DNA from: an uncultured Rickettsiales bacterium
GTDB lineage: Bacteria; Pseudomonadota; Alphaproteobacteria; Rs-D84
Reading direction: 5' to 3'
Assembly: GCA_947176385.1 (NCBI GenBank)
Contig: CAMWQN010000004.1
Span: forward strand, 1 to 53,648
DNA length: 53,648 nucleotides
Below are positions 9,548 to 18,013 of the stretch, in pieces. The notes below the pieces were generated by a model. The model made no database searches. It was not told the origin of the DNA and saw only the letters and a list, made by a program, of their open reading frames with translations. Both the position numbers and the translations under genes were made by a program. The stretch's first letter is position 1; each line of letters starts with the position of its first letter.

Positions 9548-9583
9548 AAAAAAATTTCCGTGATTTTTTCACGGGGATTTTTT
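9548..9583. terminator. Bidirectional terminator
   Basis: A run, TCCGTGA-TTTTT-TCACGGG, T run. It abuts the stop codon of the minus-strand ftsA-rpe gene. Confidence 0.7.
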
Positions 9584-11363
9584 AATTGTTTGGACCGGGT
9601 AACAGTGATTGTACCGCCAATGGAAAATCATTACTGCGTGCCAGGTATGAACCACTGACCAGATAATCTGCACCGGCTGCCCAGCATAGTTTTGCGGTTG
9701 CATCATTTATTCCACCATCGACAGATATTTTGAACTTTAAATCCAATTGTTTGCGCGCGGCATTTAATATTGCAATTTTTTTAACACAGGCTGTATCAAA
9801 TTCTTGACCGGCGGCACCAGGTTTTACAGTCATTACCATGATTTCATCAACCTCGTGCAATATTGGTTTTAATATTGCGGGCGACGATTCTGGATTTAAT
9901 GCGATTCCGGCGCGACGTCCGGCAGCGCGTATTTTGCGCACAGCGGCATATACCCCGGATGTGTTTGTTGATACGATTATTGTATTTGCACCGGCGTCAA
10001 TTGCGTCCGCTGCCCAGACATTTGGACTTTCTGTCATTAAATGGACGTGCAGGTGTGCATCAGTATGGGCGCGTATGTATTTTAATTCTGATATGCTGCC
10101 AGCCATTTTATCAATATAAAATCCGTCCATGATATCAACATGAATCATTGAAATGCCGCCGGCGCGAAATGTTGAATATGTTGATTGGGCACGCATGTCA
10201 AAGCATAATGTGCTGGGCAATATTGGTATAAAACGCATACGACGACGTGGCTTCCTGCGTTGGAACATTGTGCTGATGTGCTTTTGCAGTTTTTGCCAGC
10301 GTGCACGTCGTGCCAGATATGCATCCCGGTGTGCGGATTCCATGCCCCATATGTATTCTGATAATGATTGGACGGATGTATCTGTTCGCAATGCATCAGT
10401 CGGCAGACTGAATGCATTTTCAAAGAATTCGGACATGTATTCTGTTTCTGCACCGCCACCGGTCAGAATTATTTTAGTTGGCTTATATTTTGTAATTGCT
10501 GCTGTGGACTGAATCTTTATTTTTTCGATAATATCCAATATGCATGGGATTACAATATCGTTTACATCTGCACGTGAAAAATCGTATGCCGTATCCGCGG
10601 GGGTAAATCTGTCCATTTCGCGTGGTATCATTGATGCGACAGTGCGTTTTATTCTGTCGGCATCTGCAACTGATGTATTTAGTTCATGGGCAATTTGGCT
10701 GTTTATATCATTGCCACCCGATGGGACTGACATTTGCCAGACGGGACCACGGTCTGTCCAAATTGATGCGATTGTTTGGGCGGCCCCCAGGTCGATAAAC
10801 ATCATTGATTGTCCGGCTGGACGTTTGACAGCATTGTGTAAAAAATGGGGGGCAAAGAAAGCCTCAGCCTGGATGTGTGCGCGGCGCAATATCGATTGGA
10901 TTTCGTCGAGTCGCGCCCGCGGATAGAAAATTGCCCCGAATATAGATTTTAATTTATGGTCAATATGTCCCACGGGTGATGACAGGTCGCGTGCCCCAGA
11001 TATGTCATATCGCAATGGTATAATATGCATTGGATAGTATTCATCTGGTGGGGTGATTTGACTGATTTGTTCACGAACATCAGCGGCTGTTATTTTGTGT
11101 TCCGTATTCCAAGCCGTGTCACGTACGCACATTTCAAATTTTGGTGCACCAAAGTTTCCGGTAATATATGCACTGTCAAAATGGCGTCCGATTTTATTTT
11201 CCAGTTCATCAACGACCGCCTTTAATGCGAACACCGTATCCGTATTATCAATGGAATATGCCGCAGAATTATCAATATGACCGGAACGGACGCGGTGGGC
11301 AACACCACGTACACCGTTCGTGCCAATGTCCAGACATAAAAAAGAAGAATCAAACAGGTTCAT
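9582..11363 (-). CDS. ftsA: FtsA (actin-like cell-division ATPase) fused to a ribulose-phosphate 3-epimerase-like domain
   Basis: N-terminal half carries LDIGTNGVRGV, FIDLGAAQT, VPSGGNDINSQIA and ILTGGGAE. C-terminal half carries ILPSTLCFDM, IHVDIMDG, HVHLM, VKPGAAGQ and SVDGGIN. It is a single uninterrupted 593-codon ORF, 7 nt downstream of ftsQ. Confidence 0.8.
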   Translation of the reverse strand: MNLFDSSFLCLDIGTNGVRGVAHRVRSGHIDNSAAYSIDNTDTVFALKAVVDELENKIGRHFDSAYITGNFGAPKFEMCVRDTAWNTEHKITAADVREQISQITPPDEYYPMHIIPLRYDISGARDLSSPVGHIDHKLKSIFGAIFYPRARLDEIQSILRRAHIQAEAFFAPHFLHNAVKRPAGQSMMFIDLGAAQTIASIWTDRGPVWQMSVPSGGNDINSQIAHELNTSVADADRIKRTVASMIPREMDRFTPADTAYDFSRADVNDIVIPCILDIIEKIKIQSTAAITKYKPTKIILTGGGAETEYMSEFFENAFSLPTDALRTDTSVQSLSEYIWGMESAHRDAYLARRARWQKLQKHISTMFQRRKPRRRMRFIPILPSTLCFDMRAQSTYSTFRAGGISMIHVDIMDGFYIDKMAGSISELKYIRAHTDAHLHVHLMTESPNVWAADAIDAGANTIIVSTNTSGVYAAVRKIRAAGRRAGIALNPESSPAILKPILHEVDEIMVMTVKPGAAGQEFDTACVKKIAILNAARKQLDLKFKISVDGGINDATAKLCWAAGADYLVSGSYLARSNDFPLAVQSLLPGPNN

Positions 11364-11370
11364 AACTTTC

Positions 11371-12060
11371 TTACTTTACCAAAATTCTGGCGCTGTCGCG
11401 CATGTCCAGTGTGCGAATATCTTTGGATAATATTTGATGATTCTTGTTCAGAACAACCAATGTGCCGATTGCGCTTATTGGGTCGTGTTCCGGTAACATT
11501 ACTTTTATGCCGCCGGTTGTATGCAGATTCCAGCGTCTGTTTTCAATCCATTCCAGATAATCAACATCGCCCGCCAGATTTTGTGCGGCACGTGTTATTT
11601 TATCAATGTCATTGGGTAATTTGCCCTGGAATAAAATTGTGCCAGGTGCACGTACATCCGTTGGTTTGTTTACAATTGTGCCATCTGCGGATAATGGATA
11701 AAAACTGTCACCGTCGGTCCATAATGCAACCGCCTGGTACAGTTCTGCACGAATTGTCAGATTCCCATCTGGACGACGGCGAACCGCACTGTGACGAACG
11801 CCAGGAACCGCTGCAACGCGGGCGTTCAGGTTGTCTAAATCAATCGCATATACGTGTGTGCCGGGGGCAATGCCAGCAGCAGCAGCAATTGATGCCCGAT
11901 CTTTGTTATTGGTATCGGTTGATATTGATACACGATGAACCTGGGCGATGTATCCGTATCCCATTGTCGTCATGATAATGCGGGACGAAAAATAAATCGC
12001 CAACAAAATTGATAAAACAAAAAATAACCAAAACCAAATATTGCGCTTCATGGCGGACAT
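11371..12060 (-). CDS. ftsQ: Cell division protein FtsQ
   Basis: N-terminal TM helix (IWFWLFFVLSILLAIYF), a POTRA-like segment (VYAIDLDNLNARVAAVPGVRHSAVRRRPDGNLTI), and a position directly upstream of ftsA. Confidence 0.75.
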   Translation of the reverse strand: MSAMKRNIWFWLFFVLSILLAIYFSSRIIMTTMGYGYIAQVHRVSISTDTNNKDRASIAAAAGIAPGTHVYAIDLDNLNARVAAVPGVRHSAVRRRPDGNLTIRAELYQAVALWTDGDSFYPLSADGTIVNKPTDVRAPGTILFQGKLPNDIDKITRAAQNLAGDVDYLEWIENRRWNLHTTGGIKVMLPEHDPISAIGTLVVLNKNHQILSKDIRTLDMRDSARILVK

Positions 12061-12103
12061 TATATCACATTTTTATCAAATAGAAAAGGCGCAGCGAAAA
12101 TTT

Positions 12104-12484
12104 TTAAGATGCACGCAATAAATACCCGCGACGGAACATGCATTTACGATATGCACCGACAGATTTGGATGTTGTGTTGCGTGGAACACTCATCAGGCTG
12201 CGTTGACCGACGTCTTTGTATTCATTTGATTGGAATGTTACCCATAATCCTTCCCAGTCGGGCATAATGCCACTTTGGTTTGGGGCAATCAGTTTTGCCA
12301 GACGGGATCGTGGCATGTATGATGGACGATTTATCCCCAGGCATGCCTTGTGGTCGCGGACGAATTGTTCGGTGGTTACAGCCTCGTTCTCCCAGTTCAA
12401 GATAGTCGCATTGTCAATGCTGCCACGATTAGGCGTAGAGCATGCACCGAGTAATATCAATAATGGGATGTATTTAATTCTCAT
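12104..12484 (-). CDS. Hypothetical lipoprotein
   Basis: Signal peptide with lipobox LLILLGAC-S; 126 aa. Confidence 0.6.
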   Translation of the reverse strand: MRIKYIPLLILLGACSTPNRGSIDNATILNWENEAVTTEQFVRDHKACLGINRPSYMPRSRLAKLIAPNQSGIMPDWEGLWVTFQSNEYKDVGQRSLMSVPRNTTSKSVGAYRKCMFRRGYLLRAS

Positions 12485-12621
12485 GTCTTATATTATAATT
12501 TAATTGCGTTATGGTGGCAATAGTTTTTATAATATAGTAAAATCATTTGTGTGTACGTCTGCTTGTAATCATTAGTCACACATAAATCATTTTATACTAA
12601 GTGAGAGAAAGGAAGTATTTT

Positions 12622-12948
12622 ATGGCTATAACCGTTCAGAACTTTATCAAATTGGCAAATTTTTATAACCAGATGACAATGATGATGTCTGCGATATGCG
12701 TTCAAAAGGGCGGAATTGCAATGGAAAATTATGTGGGACGTTTCTTTGCGGCAGATGCGTTGGAATTTATTTCAGAATATGGACGCCGCCTGCGTGAGGA
12801 TAAACGTAACCAGATAACGCCACAAATTGCGACACTGATTGACCGGTTTGAAGAGCAATATAATCGCGTACGGGATTTAACCACCCCAACGCAAAAGCCG
12901 ATTTATGAAATGACGCTGGAAGAATTTGAAAAAATTATGAATATTTAG
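12622..12948 (+). CDS. Hypothetical protein
   Basis: ATG 12622 preceded by GAGAAAGGAAG. First gene of a tightly packed co-directional unit. Confidence 0.5.
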   Translation: MAITVQNFIKLANFYNQMTMMMSAICVQKGGIAMENYVGRFFAADALEFISEYGRRLREDKRNQITPQIATLIDRFEEQYNRVRDLTTPTQKPIYEMTLEEFEKIMNI

Positions 12949-12979
12949 CATAATGGGAAAAAGACCTAAGGGGAAATAG

Positions 12980-14326
12980 ATGATTTTTGTTAAACAGATT
13001 TTTCAGAAAATTTGTGCTGTGACTGTTTTGGCGTTGTGTTGTGCATGTCAACCACAGCAACAAGAAATGGATGTGCCCCAGTATGATACGATAAATGTCG
13101 TTGAAAATCTGGTAATTGATGAAAATTCTGTTCCAATCTTTCCGAAAAAGGCGGCGTTGACAACTGATACTGCGCGCAGGTTTTCAATCGAACTGCCAAA
13201 GCGTTGTACGGTTGACTGGAACAATCAATCGGTTGTGTCTGTTGTGCCGGCGGAAAAGATTGAAATTGTTCGCCTGAATGTTGGTGACGCGTTGCCACAA
13301 CTTGCGGTATCTGACTATGAATTTAAGCAATTAACGGTAAAGCAAGCGCTGGATAAGTTATTGGTTGGCACAGACGTTGATGTTGTTGAAGATGGTGATT
13401 TAATCGAAAAAATTACAGGTACGATTACCGCGGGTAATCTGTCAGATGCGGTTGAACTGATGTCCAGAATGGGACGCGTATATTATTCATATGATGCTGT
13501 AACAGGCGAAATTCATTTAAATCCGCGTGCAAAATGGATGATAAAGATGCCGAAAGACGAAAGTATCATTATGGCATTATTGGATGCAATGCATGGGGCG
13601 GATTTACGTAATCTGTTGGTTGATTGGCAGGACAAGACCGTCGTATTCGAAGGTAATTATCAGACAGAACGCGAGGTTGCACGTATCATTGCGGATGTTT
13701 CGTCTAAAAAGTATATGATTGCATGGGATATGGATGTATATCGTGTATATCCACGTACAGACAATCCGATAATCTGGATGAATATGCTGCCGGCATTTGG
13801 TACCAATAATATCAAGATGTCAATTCCTGGTGTTGTTGGTCGTGCGCTGGTTGTGGGACCGGAAATTAACACAAAAACACTGCAAGAATTTATGGCACAG
13901 CAGGCAAATGTTGTTTTGATATCCCAGGGACGCTTTGTGATTCCAAACGGGTGGCAGTCGCGATTTGATATTGGTGAATGTGGCAAAGAAGAACGGTTAG
14001 AGACCGACTTGGTTGTTGGTGCAACCGGTAAATATGGGGACTTTGGCGGATTCAAAAAAATTGATGCTAAAATAGTGCTGCGTACAAGTCAGGGTGAATT
14101 GTCATCGTTTAATATCCCATCCAGCGTAGGGGATAATTATGTAATTGTTGGTATTCCGACACATTCATTTGTTACAACGCCGGAAACACTGGTCAGTCCG
14201 TTTGCAGAATTGGTTGTATTTATGTCGCCACGTATCATTTCGATTGTTGATCCGGCGGATATTCCAAATGATCAATATACACCACTGGCAGGTGATGCAT
14301 TGCGTGCATTCTTAGGGGAAGAATAA
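12980..14326 (+). CDS. Hypothetical exported (probable lipo)protein with a secretin-like C-terminus
   Basis: The signal sequence ends in LALCCAC-Q. The C-terminal region VGDNYVIVGIPT...TTPETLVSPFAELVVFMSPRII resembles the end of secretin domains. The stop lies 1 nt before lolC/E. Confidence 0.55.
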   Translation: MIFVKQIFQKICAVTVLALCCACQPQQQEMDVPQYDTINVVENLVIDENSVPIFPKKAALTTDTARRFSIELPKRCTVDWNNQSVVSVVPAEKIEIVRLNVGDALPQLAVSDYEFKQLTVKQALDKLLVGTDVDVVEDGDLIEKITGTITAGNLSDAVELMSRMGRVYYSYDAVTGEIHLNPRAKWMIKMPKDESIIMALLDAMHGADLRNLLVDWQDKTVVFEGNYQTEREVARIIADVSSKKYMIAWDMDVYRVYPRTDNPIIWMNMLPAFGTNNIKMSIPGVVGRALVVGPEINTKTLQEFMAQQANVVLISQGRFVIPNGWQSRFDIGECGKEERLETDLVVGATGKYGDFGGFKKIDAKIVLRTSQGELSSFNIPSSVGDNYVIVGIPTHSFVTTPETLVSPFAELVVFMSPRIISIVDPADIPNDQYTPLAGDALRAFLGEE

Positions 14327-14327
14327 A

Positions 14328-15581
14328 ATGTTTTCAAAACTGGAACGTAAAATTGCATTTCGATATTTAGCCGCAAAAAAACGCGGATTTGGTTCTGTGA
14401 TTTCATGGGTGTCATTGATTGGGATAACGCTGGGGGTTGCAACGCTGATTGTTGTTATGTCGGTCATGGGCGGGTTTCATGATACGCTGCTGTCACGTAT
14501 TGTCGGTATGAATGGTCATGTTGTTGTATATCACCAGGATGGCGCAATAAATGACTATGATTTCTTGATTGATAAAATGAAACAAAATCGTGTTGTGGCA
14601 TCAAATGCGACAGCAATTGTACCAATCGCCGAAGGACAGGTTATGGCGACCGCAAATGGTAACAGCACAGGCGCAATGATACGCGGTATTCGTATGTCAG
14701 ATTTGGCAGCAAAAGCCACAACCGGTACGCGTATTTATGGTAAACCATTGGAAGCAATTCATGACGGCGAATTGGTTGGTGGTGCAACATTAACCCGCAA
14801 TTTGCGTGTCACAATGGGGGATAATATTTCATTGGTATCAGCAAATGGGGCAACCCCCACGCCGTTCGGCACAATGCCACGAATAATGGCATATCCGGTT
14901 ATGTCATCGTTCTTTATGGGAATGTATGAATATGATTCTGGGTATATATTTATGCCGCTGGAAACCGCCCAGAAATATTTGAATATACCGGGTGGGGTTA
15001 CGCATATTGATCTGTTCTTGAAAAATCCCGATGATGCAAATCGTGTTGCAGATGCGTTGGCGACACTGTTGCCGGATGGATTTGTTATTCGTGATTGGCG
15101 CGATTTAAATCGTGGCTTTGTTGGTGCATTGCAGGTTGAATCAAATGTTATGTTTTTAATCTTGATGCTGATTGTAATTGTTGCAGCGTTTAATATTGTG
15201 TCAAGTTTAGTTATGCTGGTCAAAGACAAATCCAAAGACATTGCTGTACTGCGCACATTCGGTGTATCACGTCGCGCTATGATGAAGATATTTATTTTAT
15301 CCGGTACCAGTATTGGCGTAATTGGTGCGTTCTTTGGTACGATACTGGGTGTACTGATTGCAACATATATTGAACCGATACGTAAATTCTTTCAGTGGAT
15401 TACCGGGCGTGATTTATTCCCGGCAGAATTATATTATTTGTCGGAATTACCATCTAAATTGGTTGTGGGGCAGGTTGTGGCAATCGCATTAATTGCGGTG
15501 ACGCTGGCATTCTTGGCAACACTGTATCCTGCATGGAAGGCAGCATCCACAGACCCGGTTGATGTATTAAGGAACGAATAA
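14328..15581 (+). CDS. lolC: Lipoprotein-releasing ABC transporter permease, LolC/E family
   Basis: 417 aa. N-terminus FRYLAAKKRGFGSVISWVSLIGITLGVATLIVVMSVMGGF, a large periplasmic loop, and a C-terminal FtsX-type TM bundle ending YPAWKAASTDPVDVLRNE. Confidence 0.85.
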   Translation: MFSKLERKIAFRYLAAKKRGFGSVISWVSLIGITLGVATLIVVMSVMGGFHDTLLSRIVGMNGHVVVYHQDGAINDYDFLIDKMKQNRVVASNATAIVPIAEGQVMATANGNSTGAMIRGIRMSDLAAKATTGTRIYGKPLEAIHDGELVGGATLTRNLRVTMGDNISLVSANGATPTPFGTMPRIMAYPVMSSFFMGMYEYDSGYIFMPLETAQKYLNIPGGVTHIDLFLKNPDDANRVADALATLLPDGFVIRDWRDLNRGFVGALQVESNVMFLILMLIVIVAAFNIVSSLVMLVKDKSKDIAVLRTFGVSRRAMMKIFILSGTSIGVIGAFFGTILGVLIATYIEPIRKFFQWITGRDLFPAELYYLSELPSKLVVGQVVAIALIAVTLAFLATLYPAWKAASTDPVDVLRNE

Positions 15582-16292
15582 ATGTCGAATATATTGAATT
15601 CTTTGTCAAAGGTTAAACGCGGTGACGTCGTGTTGTCTGTGCGTGATATCAAGAAGACCTTTATGGAGGGCGGACAGCCATTGCCAATCTTGCGCGGGGG
15701 TGGGTTTGATTTGCACCGTGGCGAAATAATTGCACTGGTTGGGCAATCGGGTTCCGGTAAATCGACACTGTTGCAATGTGTTGGATTGTTGGACAAGCCA
15801 ACAGCGGGCAGTATTTTATTGTGCAATACACCAGCACAAAAAATGGATGATGAAATGCGCACTGCATATCGTCGTGATAAAATCGGTTTTGTGTATCAGC
15901 GGCATAATTTATTGTCGGATTTTACAGCACTGGAAAATGTTGTCTTGCCGATGTTGGCGGCTGGCGTGGATATAGATACTGCAAATGCACGTGCAATGAA
16001 ATTACTGCGGGCTGCATCGGTCGCGCATCGTGCATCGCACCTGCCAGGCGAAATGTCTGGTGGTGAACAGCAACGTACCGCCGTCGCACGTGCATTGGCA
16101 AATAATCCAGCAATACTGTTGGCTGATGAACCAACCGGCAGTTTGGATCCGGCGCATGCGGTTGCAGTATTTGATTTGTTAATGGATTTGGTGCGTAAAA
16201 ATAAAATGGCAATGTTGTTTGTGACGCATGATATGAATTTGGCAGCACGTGCAGACCGCACAATTACAATACGTGACGGCATTGTCGGATAA
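15582..16292 (+). CDS. lolD: Lipoprotein-releasing system ATP-binding protein LolD
   Basis: Walker A GQSGSGKST, GFVYQRHNLLSDFTALENV, signature MSGGEQQR, Walker B LLADEPTGSLD. It starts the base after the lolC/E stop. Confidence 0.85.
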   Translation: MSNILNSLSKVKRGDVVLSVRDIKKTFMEGGQPLPILRGGGFDLHRGEIIALVGQSGSGKSTLLQCVGLLDKPTAGSILLCNTPAQKMDDEMRTAYRRDKIGFVYQRHNLLSDFTALENVVLPMLAAGVDIDTANARAMKLLRAASVAHRASHLPGEMSGGEQQRTAVARALANNPAILLADEPTGSLDPAHAVAVFDLLMDLVRKNKMAMLFVTHDMNLAARADRTITIRDGIVG

Positions 16293-16316
16293 AGATAAAT
16301 AAAAGGAGAGAGAAAA

Positions 16317-17216
16317 ATGAAACAATCAACAAATACCAAGGCTTCGTATGTATATGTACCTGCGACGCGTGCGCAAAAAATATGGGGCATTGTTGCATTG
16401 GCAGGGTTGTTTGCGTGTGGATTGATGGTTGGGTTATCTGTTCGTGCTAACCGTCATCAATCAGGTGCAGATGGAAACGTGCAATTAACAGAATCCCAGT
16501 GTGATATAATCGCAGGTAATATTCAAAGTGCTGTCAAATTCAGTAAGTTGGATGACTTGGAAAAATGGAAAAAGATATATGCAGAATCATGCGGTAATCA
16601 CATTGTGACCAAGGCACAGGTCGTATCAGAACCAAAGTCAGAACAGAAATTAAGCACATGTGAAAAAATTGAAAAATTGTTGCTGCGTGATTTGAATTCG
16701 TCAGACAGTCGATCATATTGGGACCATATCCAAAATGCAGAAGTTTATAATAAATTAAGCCAGTATGGTTGCGCAGAAAACGCAGACACTTATAAACAAT
16801 TGTCTGTGCAAGAAACTGCAATAGCAAATGCGTTGAACGACCAACCACAAAGTATGTCGAAAGATATGCGTACCTGTGAAGAAATCGAAGAAGCATTGAA
16901 AGTACATTTGATATACAATTATGATCCTGACAATACACGTGCACGTATGCAGAATGCAGAAGTGTACAGCACAATGGCAGAACGTGGGTGCCCGGAAAAT
17001 GCTGAAAAGTACAAGGAATTAGCCCTGCGTCAGATTGATGTTGTGTCCGCCGTCAGCAGTGATAATGAATTGATGCAGAACAAAGATGCCATTGTTGATA
17101 CATACAGAAAATTGGAAATGCAGGAAGCGGCACGTAACTTCTTGAATAAAATGGATAGACTGATAAATCCTGCAACTGATTTTATATTCGAACTGGAAAG
17201 GGTTATAAATGAATAA
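16317..17216 (+). CDS. Hypothetical membrane-anchored protein with internal Cys-pair repeats
   Basis: TM helix IWGIVALAGLFACGLMVGLSV. Two clear ~55-aa repeats have the form (S/R)TCE.IE...QNAEVY....GC.ENA..YK.L, preceded by a degenerate third copy. Confidence 0.6.
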   Translation: MKQSTNTKASYVYVPATRAQKIWGIVALAGLFACGLMVGLSVRANRHQSGADGNVQLTESQCDIIAGNIQSAVKFSKLDDLEKWKKIYAESCGNHIVTKAQVVSEPKSEQKLSTCEKIEKLLLRDLNSSDSRSYWDHIQNAEVYNKLSQYGCAENADTYKQLSVQETAIANALNDQPQSMSKDMRTCEEIEEALKVHLIYNYDPDNTRARMQNAEVYSTMAERGCPENAEKYKELALRQIDVVSAVSSDNELMQNKDAIVDTYRKLEMQEAARNFLNKMDRLINPATDFIFELERVINE

Positions 17217-17994
17217 TATTTTTAAACTGTTTGTTGGTGGCTTTATTGCCATCAGTTCTGTTACTGTATGCATGGCAGATGATATCGATACTTCATCAAC
17301 AAAGACACCAGCTGTTACAGCGCGTATGGATTGCAAAACACTGAAAGCAAAAATTGATGAATTGAGTGCGAATGGCAAATCTGATGAATTGTCACGATTC
17401 CAATTGCAGTATCGCAAAGACTGTGTTGTGCGTGCCAGTGGTCTGCGTACGTCATATCGTGGCGGTGCGTTGCCGATTGCCAGCGCCAGTGCGGATACAG
17501 CGGCTGTTGTTGCTGCTGCAACACCTGCGCCAGTGGTTGCAGAAGAATCAGAACCTGTATCAGAACAGGCAGCCGCAACAACAGAACCGGTTGTCGCAGA
17601 AAATACAACAGATGCGTCACAGGCGACAGAAACCGTAACTGTTGAAATCAGTGCAGCACAACAGGAAATGTGTGAACGTCTGCCGGATGCAATTGGGATG
17701 GCGTCGGATGATGCGCGTGATACTTTACAATCAACATTTGATGAATACTGTAATGCGAACGTTGCGGCACCTGATGCAGTCATAAAAACAACAATGATGG
17801 TATTGGGACCAGTTGAAACAGACGAAGAAAAATATGCACGTATGGCGGAAAATCTGGATGCTGGATTATGCCCAGATGGAACAACGCCCAATAAATACGG
17901 ATGCTGTGGGGACGAAGTTTTTACGGATTTGGGAAATCTGGAATTTGCATGTTGTCCAAAAGATGGCGGCAATTGTTTCCCACCAGTAAAATAA
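17209..17994 (+). CDS. Hypothetical exported protein with a C-terminal six-Cys module
   Basis: Signal peptide MNNIFKLFVGGFIAISSVTVCMA, an Ala/Thr/Val/Glu-rich linker, and the C-terminus LCPDGTTPNKYGCCGDEVFTDLGNLEFACCPKDGGNCFPPVK. Overlaps the upstream gene by 8 nt. Confidence 0.65.
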   Translation: MNNIFKLFVGGFIAISSVTVCMADDIDTSSTKTPAVTARMDCKTLKAKIDELSANGKSDELSRFQLQYRKDCVVRASGLRTSYRGGALPIASASADTAAVVAAATPAPVVAEESEPVSEQAAATTEPVVAENTTDASQATETVTVEISAAQQEMCERLPDAIGMASDDARDTLQSTFDEYCNANVAAPDAVIKTTMMVLGPVETDEEKYARMAENLDAGLCPDGTTPNKYGCCGDEVFTDLGNLEFACCPKDGGNCFPPVK

Positions 17995-18013
17995 GGCTAA
18001 AGGGGGGGATGGT

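Noticed and set aside
9174-9572. 132-aa minus-strand ORF in the tsaE-ftsA spacer
   Set aside because: Two thirds of it is antisense to tsaE. It has no RBS and would begin inside the bidirectional terminator.
9360-9581. Assignment of the structured spacer to SRP RNA, 6S RNA, RNase P RNA or tmRNA
   Set aside because: I could not find the SRP domain IV motif, RNase P conserved boxes or a tRNA-like tmRNA end. The fold is multi-branched rather than the single long 6S-type helix. I kept it only as an unassigned structured region.
15896-16390. 164-aa minus-strand ORF, plus the 142-aa ORF at 15434-15862
   Set aside because: Both are antisense to lolD and lolC/E, which have clear ABC motifs. These are typical mirror frames.
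17019-17972. 317-aa minus-strand ORF
   Set aside because: It is entirely antisense to the 17209-17994 gene and the end of 16317-17216. Its Ala/Ser/Thr/Val-rich low-complexity translation mirrors the sense-strand Ala/Thr/Val linker. It has no RBS or partner context, whereas the plus-strand genes have signal peptides and a conserved Cys module.
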